DNA of 33,044 nt. Source: Basidiobolus meristosporus CBS 931.73 (taxonomy: Eukaryota; Fungi; Basidiobolomycota). The translations under genes and the position numbers were made by a program. Below the pieces are notes generated by a model. That model made no database searches, was not told the DNA's origin, and worked only from the letters and a program-made list of their open reading frames with translations. Shown here in pieces: positions 10,409 through 21,035 of the stretch. Location of the stretch: the NCBI GenBank assembly GCA_002104905.1, contig MCFE01000826.1, forward strand, positions 1-33,044, given 5' to 3'. Every line of letters starts with the position of its first letter. Position 1 is the stretch's first letter.

Positions 10409-12125
10409 TGTTATAAGAGTCTTGGAGATACTGAAAGTGATTGGGAGAGCAAGTAGATTATGTGGTTTGCACTCAATGATTTACTGAATGTAAAAGTAGT
10501 ATTTATACTTTTACATGGTTTTGGCATACCAAACATGTAAAATAGGCTAAGAAAGGTCCCAAGAACATGTGCTCAAAGTTTGGGGCTGTTTGGACAGCTT
10601 CGAGAATTTTCATGTTCTGGGTACCTGGTATTTTGGTGAAAATATTCTAAGTAAATCCAAACATGGAATTTGGTCAGTATTCTCTAGGATTTGAGGGTAA
10701 GGATCTAAGTGACTAAGTTAGGTGAATATTAAGGTTGAATTACAAATTTTTACAACAGTGGTGATGTTATGACAGCAACTTGCTGGTAGTCAACTGCAGG
10801 TACTGCAATTGATACACTCTCATCTGCCTGAGCATTATGGTCAGCTTGTAGCTCCTCAGAGGTTCTCAGTTGCCTACTTGACTGAGAGCCTGAGGAGTCC
10901 GCATTATTACCTTCAGTGGGCATACTGTCAACATGCCCTTTGTTGGATGTAGCCTTGCTTCTTACACTGAATGTCAAAGCAAGCTGTTGTCCAACTGTTC
11001 TTTTGCTGCCATCAGCAGTGGGGCTTAGTTGAGAAGCAAACAACCTTGTATTATTTATTGGTGGGATATATATGGAAGTGAGTCAAGCCAAAGGGGATAT
11101 AGTGTAACATATACATGGAGATGTGGTGCCACAACTTTGTTTATAATGCATACTATGGCAGGTCACCATTGAGTCATACATTCATTTAGGCCCAATGACT
11201 CAAATACAAGAATCTCTGGAATGCACATGTTTATTGACCAAAAAGTGATATAATAGTGTTGTCTTGTTGAAGATCAAACTGTTTGCCCCATGGACAAGAC
11301 TACTTTGATTCAACACCTTAAGAGAAGGGAAAAAAGACCATGTGGCTATTGTAGCAAGCCTCCCAGACATGCAGCACACAGACAGCATAGGAAGTATTAC
11401 AAGGATCACAGCCAGTGTTTTGCCACACAAGTCCTATTTGACTATTCATCAGTCACTACTGTGCCCGCATTATCTTGCCAGCTAGTTGAGATTCTATATT
11501 ACCACCTGGCTGTCTTTGTAACCTTGCACAAACTGAGTCAGGTGAGTTTGTGATGCCTTTAAGCTCACCACAGCCTTATGAATATGGCACACAGCATGAC
11601 AGCTCTGACAAAGAAGGCTCACCAACAGACTGCAAGGCTATCTATCCCAACAACAATACCATGCATGAGCTGGTCAAATCCTAATATGCAATGAGACAGC
11701 ACCTGCAAAAAAAAAATGCCACAGATACTTCATGGAGCCAAGTGAGCCCAGTAATCTATCTACTGGTGAATAATGTAATGTTGTGGCTAGAGAAGTGGTG
11801 TGTTTCCACTAATATCAGTAATGGGGGCTTTGAGGATTTATTAGACTTGTTCCATTGTACTGTGCCAGGGCACACGGCGTGATCCACAGTTGTAAAGAGC
11901 AATTGGGCACAATATTAAAGCTACCAGAAGGCAGGATTGTTCTTGGACAAATTTGCACTGTGTGGGACAATCTCACACACTATGGCACAATCTGACACAA
12001 TGAGGTTGGCATGGATGATTGCACCAACTTGTAATGTTTGCATCACGTGCATGATTGGATACCGCTATTATGGCAGGTAAAATCCGGTATTTGGATATGT
12101 TTCTTTAATATAAATGGAAATAAAT

Positions 12126-12510
12126 AGACTTGTTCCGTTGGATAGTGCCACATTGAGCCATGAGTGCCAAATGATGCCATAGTGTGCCAGAGAGGCCAAG
12201 TGAGCCTCTACCTGGCCACAGAGTGTGAAACATAGCTCTGCATCTTCATGCAAAGCAGCCCCTGTGTTTCACCCATTGTGTTGGAGAAAATCCATTTTTT
12301 GACCTTTTTTTTTGGATCAATGTTGTGCAGGATGTGTTAGAGCACAAGCAGATTGAAGATATGCATCTGGTACTCAATACCCATGGCACTCTGAATCTAG
12401 CTCCTGTAGCTTGTATCATGTCACAAAAATGAATGGCACTATCTTGGTCCACTGGTACTATCTGGCACTATATTTAAATATTAGACCTAATGTAAGATCT
12501 ATACAAGGCA
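12126..12510. mobile_element. Extra right-type PHIS terminus nested in E1
   Basis: AAT|AGACTTGTTCCGTTGGATAGTGCCACAT plus tggcactat subterminal repeats. It joins E1 ORF2 across a ~1.3-kb deletion. Confidence 0.7.
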
Positions 12511-12876
12511 CTATAAGGCTTCTTCGTCAAATCCCCTCACTCTCAGCTCATTCTTGATTTCAATACTTGTCCTGTTATATATCTTCTTACATACATTGGC
12601 TGGCATCATGATGTATAACTCATGCCACAGCTTTCTACTCAAATTCTTCCATCTTTGTTGGCTATTCAAGGTATCTAGTTCTGCTAGATTAATCAGTAGT
12701 GCCCAAATATCTGTATGAAGGCTTGTCATAGACACTTGGGCCATACTAAAATCATTTGGCAAGAACTCAAACAGATCCAACATTGACATTTCCAGTCCAG
12801 ACCATGCTTGTGAGCTGGGGGATATGTTTTGTCTGGGTTGTACTAAAGATGATTTGAGAATTGGTATGGGGACCAT
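12511..12876 (-). pseudogene. 5' part of the PHIS Myb/SANT-like ORF2 (E1)
   Basis: 121-aa ORF aligns with the N-terminus of ORF2 at 19060-20292. Confidence 0.75.
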
Positions 12877-13235
12877 AGCAACGGATTTGGATACTTATAC
12901 AGCAGTATATTGGCATCAACCTGGTCTAATATGAAATATATATGAAAACTAATGTAATTGTTGAATTTTCCATATATTATGCATGATGCATCTTGGATTG
13001 CGTTGACACAGATCAGATCACATCAATTGCAGATTTCCTATTTGATTATAGACCTATGAGTAAATCATCAATAAAAGTACCAAGGCATTGTTTGCGGATG
13101 ATTTTTGCAACATAATGATGGGATTCATGGTGATCAATGGAGATTTAATCATAATGCATTAAAAATCTGATAAATAACGCAGATTGCGCCAAATCAATTC
13201 AAACCACCTCCATACAATCATCCACCAATTTTAAT

Positions 13236-14119
13236 ATGAATTACTCATCTGAATGGTCTTTTCTCATCAATCCCATCACTACCACTGGATTTCATTTTCA
13301 CACACTAGAGGAGATCTATTCCAAGTACTGTGGACCATCAACCCCAATCTACTCAAGGAGATCCCTTGTTAAGCTTCTCTGCTATTATTAGAACTATTGC
13401 CCCACAAGGTTTGATCCCACCATCCATGGCAACTAAAGTCCTAGAAGCTTTCATTCCTAGCTGACAGCAATGGAGAACCACCTTGCAGAGGGTATGAATG
13501 ACTTAGAGCAAGCTTGAAATACTAGGTTCAGAAGCTCCAATAGACTTCCATATCCCCAAGTGTTTAGCACAAGTTCCATATAAGGAGTATTTTGGATACC
13601 TTCCCAGTGAGGATTAACAGACCTTCTAGAGGGCAGAGGCACTTTTATTCTGGCAAGTACAAGGCACACTGTGTGAAGTTTCAAGCACTGTCTGACATTG
13701 AGGGTAACATCATCTGGTTTAGTGGGCCATTTGCTGGAAGTAGGCATGACAAAGCACTCTGGGTAGAGAATCATCCTGAATTCAGTAGAGGGGAGAAATA
13801 TATGGCAGACTTAGCCTATATAGGAGAGGATTGTCACAGATTAGGATGTATTACAGCATATAGGAAGCCAAGGAATGGTGTGCTTAGCAGGAAGCAGAAG
13901 CTCTACAATGAGATATTTAATCATTTCAGAGTAAGGGTAGAGCACACATTTGGATATCTGAAGAGATTCAGCATATTGGCAGGTAAATACAGAGGAAAGT
14001 CATTTAGAGGAGAAAACAGCAGAATAGGTAAAATAGTTAAGATACTTATCAATGCACAGTATGCTCATACAAGAAGACATCCACTGAGAGAAATCTGTCT
14101 GGAGCATTATGAAGAGTAA
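13236..14119 (+). pseudogene. DDE_Tnp_4 (Harbinger-type) transposase of E1
   Basis: The open 175-aa C-terminal part carries DTFP, GSRHD, ADLAY and RVRVEHTFG (D-D-E). The N-terminal part from the ATG at 13236 has in-frame stops and a 1-bp deletion relative to E3. Confidence 0.9.
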
Positions 14120-15475
14120 ATAAAGCAAGTAAAGCACTATTCTGAGCAACATAAGTAAGATTGAGTAATATTACCAGTAACTGTATCATACCACTGGCAT
14201 CATGGTAGAAATTATAGTGCCAGACAGTGCCATAGGGTGCCAGATTGATCCGGCACTATAAACAGGCTGGCAATATGTGGCACTATCCAACTGAACAAGT
14301 CTATTACTACTCCTTGCCAAAATCATTCCAGAATACAACTTGCCATGTGCATGGTATAAGTGGACAACTGTCATGTGGCTGGTAACAGATGACCCAAAGA
14401 CTGTCCTGATTCTTGCTTGTGTCAACAGTTGCATGGCATTTGTATCTAAAAGTGCCATCATTGTAATGTGAACAAATTGTCAGGAATCCACCACCATTGA
14501 GGGAAAACATTGTTCACACTTCAGATATATTCTGGTAACACCCTGTCTAAAGAAGCTCATGCAGTCTAACAAATATTGCAAAGCTACAAAGTACCGCACT
14601 CAGTATCAATCAAGTGAAAACATATCAGATATATTTGATGGCAAAGATTACAAAGAGCTAAGAAGCAAGGACTACATTGAAGGTATATATGACCATGCCT
14701 TTGCCTTTGCACTTAATGGATACTCATGAAATAAGTACTCTACCAGCAAGTCATGTTGGCCACTGATTCTCATCAACCAGAATTTGCCACCTATCTGATG
14801 GTATCAGAGCAAAAATCTGATGGTAATCTCACTGGTATCTAGGCCTAAATCCCCATCCAACCTGGATAGCTACCTGCATCCATTACTGAGTGAGTTTTGT
14901 ATGCTATCAAGTGGGATAACAGTAAATAGCTGTCATGTGAAAGTGCATATTATTAGCTGCATTAGAGATACCCTAGCCGTCAGCAAGATAGCTGGCTTTT
15001 CTGGGTATAATGGATGGTATTGCTATCAAATGTGTGAGATCCAGAGGACTTACTCCATATGTTGCACACATTATTATTACTCAGACACCAACACTCAGAA
15101 CATCATTTTCCTACAGAAAGAATGTACAGAAGTCAGCATGGAATTGCAGCAAAGATGGCAAGCTATAAGCCATTGGCCAGAATATTGAATAAATTGGAAA
15201 GCAGCAATACATAATATAGAGGGTATCTGTTGGAGCAGAAGCTTTCCACTGGGAGTATTGCATTTGATTTTGAGCAATATCCCTACACTAATAACTAAGT
15301 TGTACATGGGGGATTTTAAGCCAAATGAGCCCTCAAGATACTGGAAAAGTTTGAAAGAATTGACAAAATATTACAGAGTATCTGCTACCCTAAGTACTTC
15401 TCACAGGCTCCAAGCAATACTTATATGCATATGCAACAACACAAATACAAAGACTGGTTGCACAGGATATGTATT

Positions 15476-17295
15476 AAACTTGTTCCATTGTACCATGCCA
15501 GGGTGCATGGCATGATCTGTTGGCTCTAAGAACAATTGGGTGCAATATTATAGCTACCAGTAGGCAGGATTGCTCTTTGACAATTACGCATCATGTGGGA
15601 CAATCTTGCAAAATATGGCACAATCTGACACAATGAGGCTGGCATGGATGATTGTTCCAACTTGAAATGTTTGCTTCATGTGCGCAAATGGATACTGCTA
15701 TTATGACAGGTAAAATCTGGTATTTGAAGATGTTTCTTTAATGTAAATGCAAATAAATGCATATGACACTATAAACTACACCAATACTTACCATTCTGGC
15801 TACCATCACTCCAATTGGATGGTATCTCAGTGGTTAAATGACCCAAAAGTATCCTGAAGCTGTCAGCCCCCAATTGGCTCTTTGACCAATACACAAGATA
15901 CCTAATTTGTCATCAAATATCCCATTTTGCTCATTGCGTAAGTAATTCCCTGATTCTAGTAATTGGACATGGTGTCATAGCTAGCACACAACCAATTGGA
16001 TAGGTGCAAAACAGATCAAATGGCTGCACAGGTGTTACAGATGATGTATATATATGCAGGGTTTTTTTATAAGGGTTCTGTCTCAAACATGAGACAACAC
16101 TGAAATTGCTTATATTTAAAATTCAGTGATCACTGATTTGCAATTTCATGATCTGGATTGCAAAAAAAAATGCGTTGATTGAATCATGTCAAATAATAGC
16201 AATTCAATGCAATTGCATCATCTTCTCCTGGGTTTTTTTCTGACAGGGATTGCTACTGAAACATTTGGTAGTGATTTCCTTTGCGCAGCTTGACTACTTT
16301 CTTGTTGACCATCCTCTTGGCTACTTGTGTATTTGTAGTCAGTACTTTCCTCCTAGTTGATAAGTGCAATGCTGCAGCTTGGCTGTGCTTAATTGCTCCC
16401 AATGATACTACTGAATTGGCCTGCAGTGCTATGTGCTGACATGTTCTCTTACTTGCCAAAGGCTCTGCTGGTGGAAGCACTTTATGTGGGTTGTCATCAG
16501 TCAGTTCACCAGAAGAAACTTGCTGATGGTCAGGTGTAATGGTATGCTGGTGCAATCTAGATGCTGTTGCTTGCGGTTTTTATTCTTCCTCTTAGAGCTC
16601 ACCTTCTGATTCCTCAAGGTACTCACTTACCCTCTGACTAATACTTCAAAACTGTTGCCTGGATGAGTCCTGTGTATATTGCGCTTGGAAGCCACTTGGC
16701 ACTACTAATATATCAAATAGTACATTAGTTGTTTGAGGCAATACTCATTCAAAATCACCATGGTTCCCAAAGTTGAGGAACAAATGGACACATCCAGCAT
16801 TTACTAAGCGCATTTCACCCATAATTGTTCCTGCATGGCTTCCTCATCAAATCCCCTCACTCTCTGCTCATTCTTGATTTCAATACTTGTCTTGTAATAT
16901 ATCTTCTTACATTCATCTGATGGCATCTTGATGTAGAACTCATACCACAGCTTTCTACTTAGGTTCTTCCATATCTGTTGACTCTCTGAGGTATACAATC
17001 TTGCTAGAGTGATGAGTAGTGCCAAATATCTGTAGGAAGGCCCATCATAGACACTTGGCCATACTAAGATCATTTGGCAGGAACTAAAATAGATCCAACA
17101 TTGATTTCTCTGGTCCAGACCATGCTTGTGAGCTGGGGGATGGGTTTGTCTGGGTTGTACTAAAGATGAGTTGAGACTTGGTATAGGGATCACAGTGACG
17201 GATCTGGATATCTATACAGTGGTGTATTGGCATCAACCTGGTGTTATATGAAATATATATGTAAACTAATGTGACTGTTGAGTTCTCCATATATT
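15476..17295 (+). mobile_element. PHIS copy E4: left end and decayed ORF2, truncated before the transposase
   Basis: ATT|AAACTTGTTCCATTGTACC. Colinear with E3 apart from a ~270-bp deletion near 16540. Abrupt junction to other sequence at ~17295. Confidence 0.85.
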
Positions 17296-17475
17296 GTTGG
17301 GTACAGTAGTGACTAGTGAATGGCCAAATAATACTTGTGTGGTAAAACACTTGCCATGATCCATGTATTGCTTCCTATGCTGTCTGCATTCTTCATGGCT
17401 GAGAAGCTTGCTACAACACCCATATGGTCTTTTTTCTCTTTTCTTACAGTGTTGAGTCAAAGTAGTCTTGTCCAT
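17296..17475 (-). pseudogene. N-terminal fragment of the CACTA-like transposase, unit beta
   Basis: MDKTTLTQHCKKREKRPYGCCSK...QHRKQY matches 11290-11553 (MDKTTLIQHLKRREKRPCGYCSK...QHRKYY). Confidence 0.75.
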
Positions 17476-17816
17476 GTGGCAAACAGTTTGATACTCAACA
17501 ACATATCAATCTTATATCACTTTTTTGTCAATACTAATGTAAATTTAAGACAATCTTTTATTTCAGACATTACACTTACATAAATGTAAGATTCAATGAT
17601 GACCAGAAGAACAGTTGGACAACAGCTTGCATTAGACTTGTTCCGTTGGATAGTGCCACATAGTGCCAGCCTGTTTATAGTGCTGGATCAATCTGGCACT
17701 CTACGGCACTATCTGGCACTATAATTTCTACCATGATGCCAGTGGTATGATACAGTTACTGGTAATATTACTCAATCTTACTTATGTTGCTCAGAATAGT
17801 GCTTTCCTTGCTTTAT

Positions 17817-18700
17817 TTACTCTTCATAATGCTCCAGACAGATTTCTCTCAGTGGATGTCTTCTTGTATGAACATACTGTGCATTAATAAGTATCTTAAC
17901 TATTTTACCTATTCTGCTGTTTTCACCTATATATGACCTTCCTCTGTATTTACCTGCCAATATGCTGAATCTCTTCAGATATCCAAATGTGTGCTCTACC
18001 CTTACTCTGAAATGATTAAATATCTCATTGTAGAGCTTCTGCTTCCTGCTAAGCACACCATTCCTTGGCTTTCTATAAGCTGTAATACATCCTAATCTCT
18101 GACAATCCTCTCCCATAGAGGCTAAGTCTGCCATATATTTCTCCCCTCTACTGAATTCAGGATGATTCTCTACCCAGAGTGCTTTGTCATGCCTACTTCC
18201 AGCAAATGGCCCACTAAACCAGATGATGTTACCCTCAATGTCAGACAGTGCTTGAAACTTCACACAGTGTGCCTTGTACTTGCCAGAATAAAAGTGCCTC
18301 TGCCCTCTAGAAGGTCTGTTAATCCTCACTGGGAAGGTATCCAAAATACTCCTTATATGGAACTTGTGCTAAACACTTGGGGATATGGAAGTCTATTGGA
18401 GCTTCTGAACCTAGTATTCCAAGCTTGCTCTAAGTCATTCATACCCTCTGCAAGGTGGTTCTCCATTGCTGTCAGCTGGGAATGAAAGCTTCTAGGACTT
18501 TAGTTGCCATGGATGGTGGGATCAAACCTTGTGGGGCAATAGTTCTAATAATAGCAGAGAAGCTTAACAAGGGATCTCCTTGAGTAGATTGGGGTTGATG
18601 GTCCACAGTACTTGGTATAGATCTCCTCCAGTGTGTCAAAAGGAAATCCAGTGGTAGTGATGGGATTGATGAGAAAAGACCATTCAGATGAGTAAGTCAT
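17817..18700 (-). pseudogene. DDE_Tnp_4 transposase of E2
   Basis: Near-identical to 13236-14119, with the same two N-terminal stops and frameshift. D-D-E residues retained. Confidence 0.9.
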
Positions 18701-19059
18701 ATTAAAGTTGATGGATGATTGTATGGAGGCAGTTTGAATCAATTTGGCGCAATCTGCGTTATTTATCTGATTTTTAACACATTATGGTTAAATCTCCATC
18801 AATTGCCATGTATCCCATCATTATGTCGCAAAAATCATCCGCAAACAATGCCTTGGTACTTTTATTGATGCTTTACTCATAGGTCTATAATCAAATAGGA
18901 AATCTGCAATTGATGTGATCTGATCCGTGTCAACGCAATCTAAGATGCATCATGCATAATATATGGAAAATTCAACAATTACATTAGTTTTCATATATAT
19001 TTTGTATAAGACCAGGTTGATGCCAATATACTGCTGTATAAGTATCCAAATCCGTTGCT

Positions 19060-20292
19060 ATGGTCCCCATACCAAGCCTCAACTCATCTTTAGTACAACC
19101 CAGACAAAACCCATCCCCCAGCTCACAAGCGCGGTCCGGACCGGAAAAGTCTATGTTGGATCCGTTTGAGTTCTTGCCAAATGATTTTAGTATGGCCCAA
19201 GTGTCTATGATGAGCCTTCATACAGATATTTGGGCACTACTGATTAATCTAGCAGAACTAGATACCTCAGAGCGTTGACAAAGATGGAAGAATTTGAGTA
19301 GAAAGCTGTGGCATGAGTTCTACATCAAGATGCCAGCCAATGGATGTAAAAAGATATATAACAAGACAAGTATTGAAATCAAGAATGAGCTGAGAGTGAG
19401 GGGATTTGACGAAGAAGCCACGCGGGAACAATTTTGCGCGCAATTTGCACAGTACGGGCTGGACGCGTCTGTTTGTGCCTTAACTTTGGGAACCAAAGAG
19501 ATTTTGAATGAGTTTTTGCCTCAAATGACTAATGTACTTCGTGATATATTAGTAGAGCTAAGTGGCTTCCAAGAGCAATATACACAGGACTCATCCAGGC
19601 AACAGCTCCAAAGTATCAGACAGAGGGTAAGTGAATACCTTGAGGAATCGGATGGTGAGCTTCAGGAGGAAGAATACAGACCGCAAGCAACATCGTCCAG
19701 ATTGCGCTAGCACACCTTGCTGGATTCCCTACCATCTCTTGCAACCACAGTGTGCCGGCGCACATCAGTCCTGACCACACCAACACCCTTTAACAGAACG
19801 CCCCGCGTCGAGTCAATGCACGCGCTTCAGAGCAAAACTACAAGAACTCACCAAACTGCTCATTTAGACACGAGTCCATTGGAGCGGACCAAGTCACGAC
19901 AGCATGCGGCATCACATTGAACTCAGCCAAGGGTCATCTCAACGCGTCAAGGCGTGCCTGCATGTGCCGTTTTGCCTGACCATCAGCGAGTTACTTCTGG
20001 TGAACTGACTGATGATGACCAACATGAAGTGCCTCAACCACCGGAGCCCTTGGCAAGTAAAAGAACGCATCAGCACGTGGCACTACAGGCCAGTTCAGTT
20101 GGTTCAGTTGGAGCAATTCAGCGCAGCCAAGCTGCAGCATCACACTCATCAACTAGGAGGCAAAATACTGACTACAAATACACAAGTAGCCAAGATGATA
20201 GTCAGCCAGGAAGTAGTATAGGTGTGCAAAGTGAGTCACTACCAAATGCTTCAGTAGTAATCCCTGTGAGAAAAAAACCCAGGAGAAGATGA
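19060..20292 (+). pseudogene. PHIS ORF2, ~410 aa, Myb/SANT(trihelix)-like N-terminus and low-complexity basic C-terminus
   Basis: ORFs 19060, 19294, 19717 and 19954 share one frame, separated by three in-frame stops. The motif IWALLI...RWKNLSRKLW...CKKIYNK resembles trihelix/Myb-like repeats. A second, DNA-binding ORF is typical of PIF/Harbinger elements. Confidence 0.75.
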
Positions 20293-21035
20293 TGCATTTG
20301 CTTTGAATTGCTCACATTTGTAATGATCCCAACAACCCTTTTTTTTTGCGATCCAAACCAAGCCATTGCAAATCAGTGATCATCAAATTTTTGATATAAG
20401 TAATATCAAGGTCGTCTCACATTTGAGACAGAACCCCTATAAATAAACACCCTGCATATATATACGTCATCTGTAATACCAGTACAGCTATTGGATCTGT
20501 TTTGCACCTACACAATTGCTTGCGTGCCAGCTATGACACCTTGTCCAATCACTAGGATCAGGGATTTACTTGCTCAATGGGCAAAATGGGATATTTGATG
20601 GCAAATCAGGTAGCTTTTTCAGTAGTCAATGAGCCAATTGGGGGCTGCCAGCTTCAGGATACTTTTGGACCAATTAACCACTGAGATACCATCCAATTGG
20701 AGTGAGGGTAACCAAAATGGTAAGTATCAGTATAGTTTATAGTGTGATACACATTTATTTCCATTTACATTAAAGAAACATATCCAAATACCGGATTTTA
20801 CCTGCCATTATAGCGGTATCCAATCGCGCATGTGACGCAAACATTACAAGTTGGCGCAATCATCTGCGCCAACCTCATTGTGTCAGATTATGCCATAGTG
20901 TGCAAGATTGTCCCGCATAGTGCAAAATTGTCCAAGAACAATCCTGCCTTCTGGTAGCTATAATATCGCGCCCAATTGTTCTTTCCAACCACAGATCGCA
21001 CCGCACGCCCTGGCACGGTACAATGGAACAAGTCT

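Larger units (their letters stand above)
6635..10757 (-). mobile_element. Copia-A: two-LTR Ty1/copia retrotransposon, pseudogenised, RT core deleted, carrying a nested solo LTR
   Basis: LTRs 10409-10757 and 6635-6982 (about 19-20 differences in ~348 bp, counted by eye). Perfect TSD GTGGT. PBS and PPT present. Domain order is gag (9577-10404), protease, LWHRRFG pre-integrase (8585-8773), integrase (7780-8520), RT C-terminus (7420-7743), RNase H (TKHIDIRHYF, 6994-7347). Confidence 0.95.
2236..11043 (-). pseudogene. Accessory gene 'X' of CACTA-like unit alpha, split by Copia-A, Copia-B and a solo LTR (pieces 10758-11043, 5837-6634, 2720-4368, 2236-2386)
   Basis: Removing Copia-A and one TSD rejoins ...VITSP|PPVLASMLSANTK, matching the uninterrupted paralog at 21145-21396 (AAITLPPPVLASMLSAHTK). 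The 5905-6291 piece (IQEAVRSLV.HHLKAGMPWHH...FWASIGML) matches 21600-21860. Function unknown. Confidence 0.7.
11843..14302 (+). mobile_element. PHIS (PIF/Harbinger superfamily) DNA transposon copy E1, internally deleted
   Basis: Ends AGACTTGTTCC and GAACAAGTCT, ATT on both sides, and the host frame is restored on removal. Contains a transposase pseudogene and the 5' part of ORF2. Confidence 0.9.
11290..15475 (+). pseudogene. CACTA/EnSpm-like transposase (Transposase_21/Tnp2), unit alpha, N-terminal and middle part; interrupted by PHIS copy E1
   Basis: N-terminal CxxC..H motif (11290-11553). After removing E1 and one ATT the frame reads GFEDL|LLLLAKIIP...SDIFDGKDYKEL...SCWPLILINQNLPP...NLMVISLVSRPKSPSNLDSYLHPLLSEF...GFSGYNGWYCYQMCEI, which are characteristic Tnp2 motifs, with scattered stops. 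Confidence 0.85.
17634..21035 (-). mobile_element. PHIS copy E2, full length (3402 bp), least decayed
   Basis: Imperfect TIRs AGACTTGTTCCGTTGGATAGTGCC and AGACTTGTTCCATTGTACCGTGCC. ATT/ATT TSD. The empty site (cagcttgc-att-gacattc) matches the paralog near 10975. Confidence 0.93.

Noticed and set aside
11097-11110. ATAGTG-TAA-CAT as a possible tail-to-head CACTA end junction in the spacer
   Set aside because: The right side is CAT, not CACTA; the gamma copy has AAAGTG; and there is no extended inverted repeat. It is too weak to call termini.
11169-11203. Inverted pair TTGAGTCAT...ATGACTCAA (AP-1/Gcn4-like sites)
   Set aside because: Not conserved in the gamma spacer, and such motifs arise easily from CpG decay.
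13457-18485. Identical antisense ORF MILYPECF... in E1 (13457-13774) and E2 (18162-18485)
   Set aside because: It is antisense to the transposase and shared only because the copies are nearly identical. The same frame has a TAG in E3.
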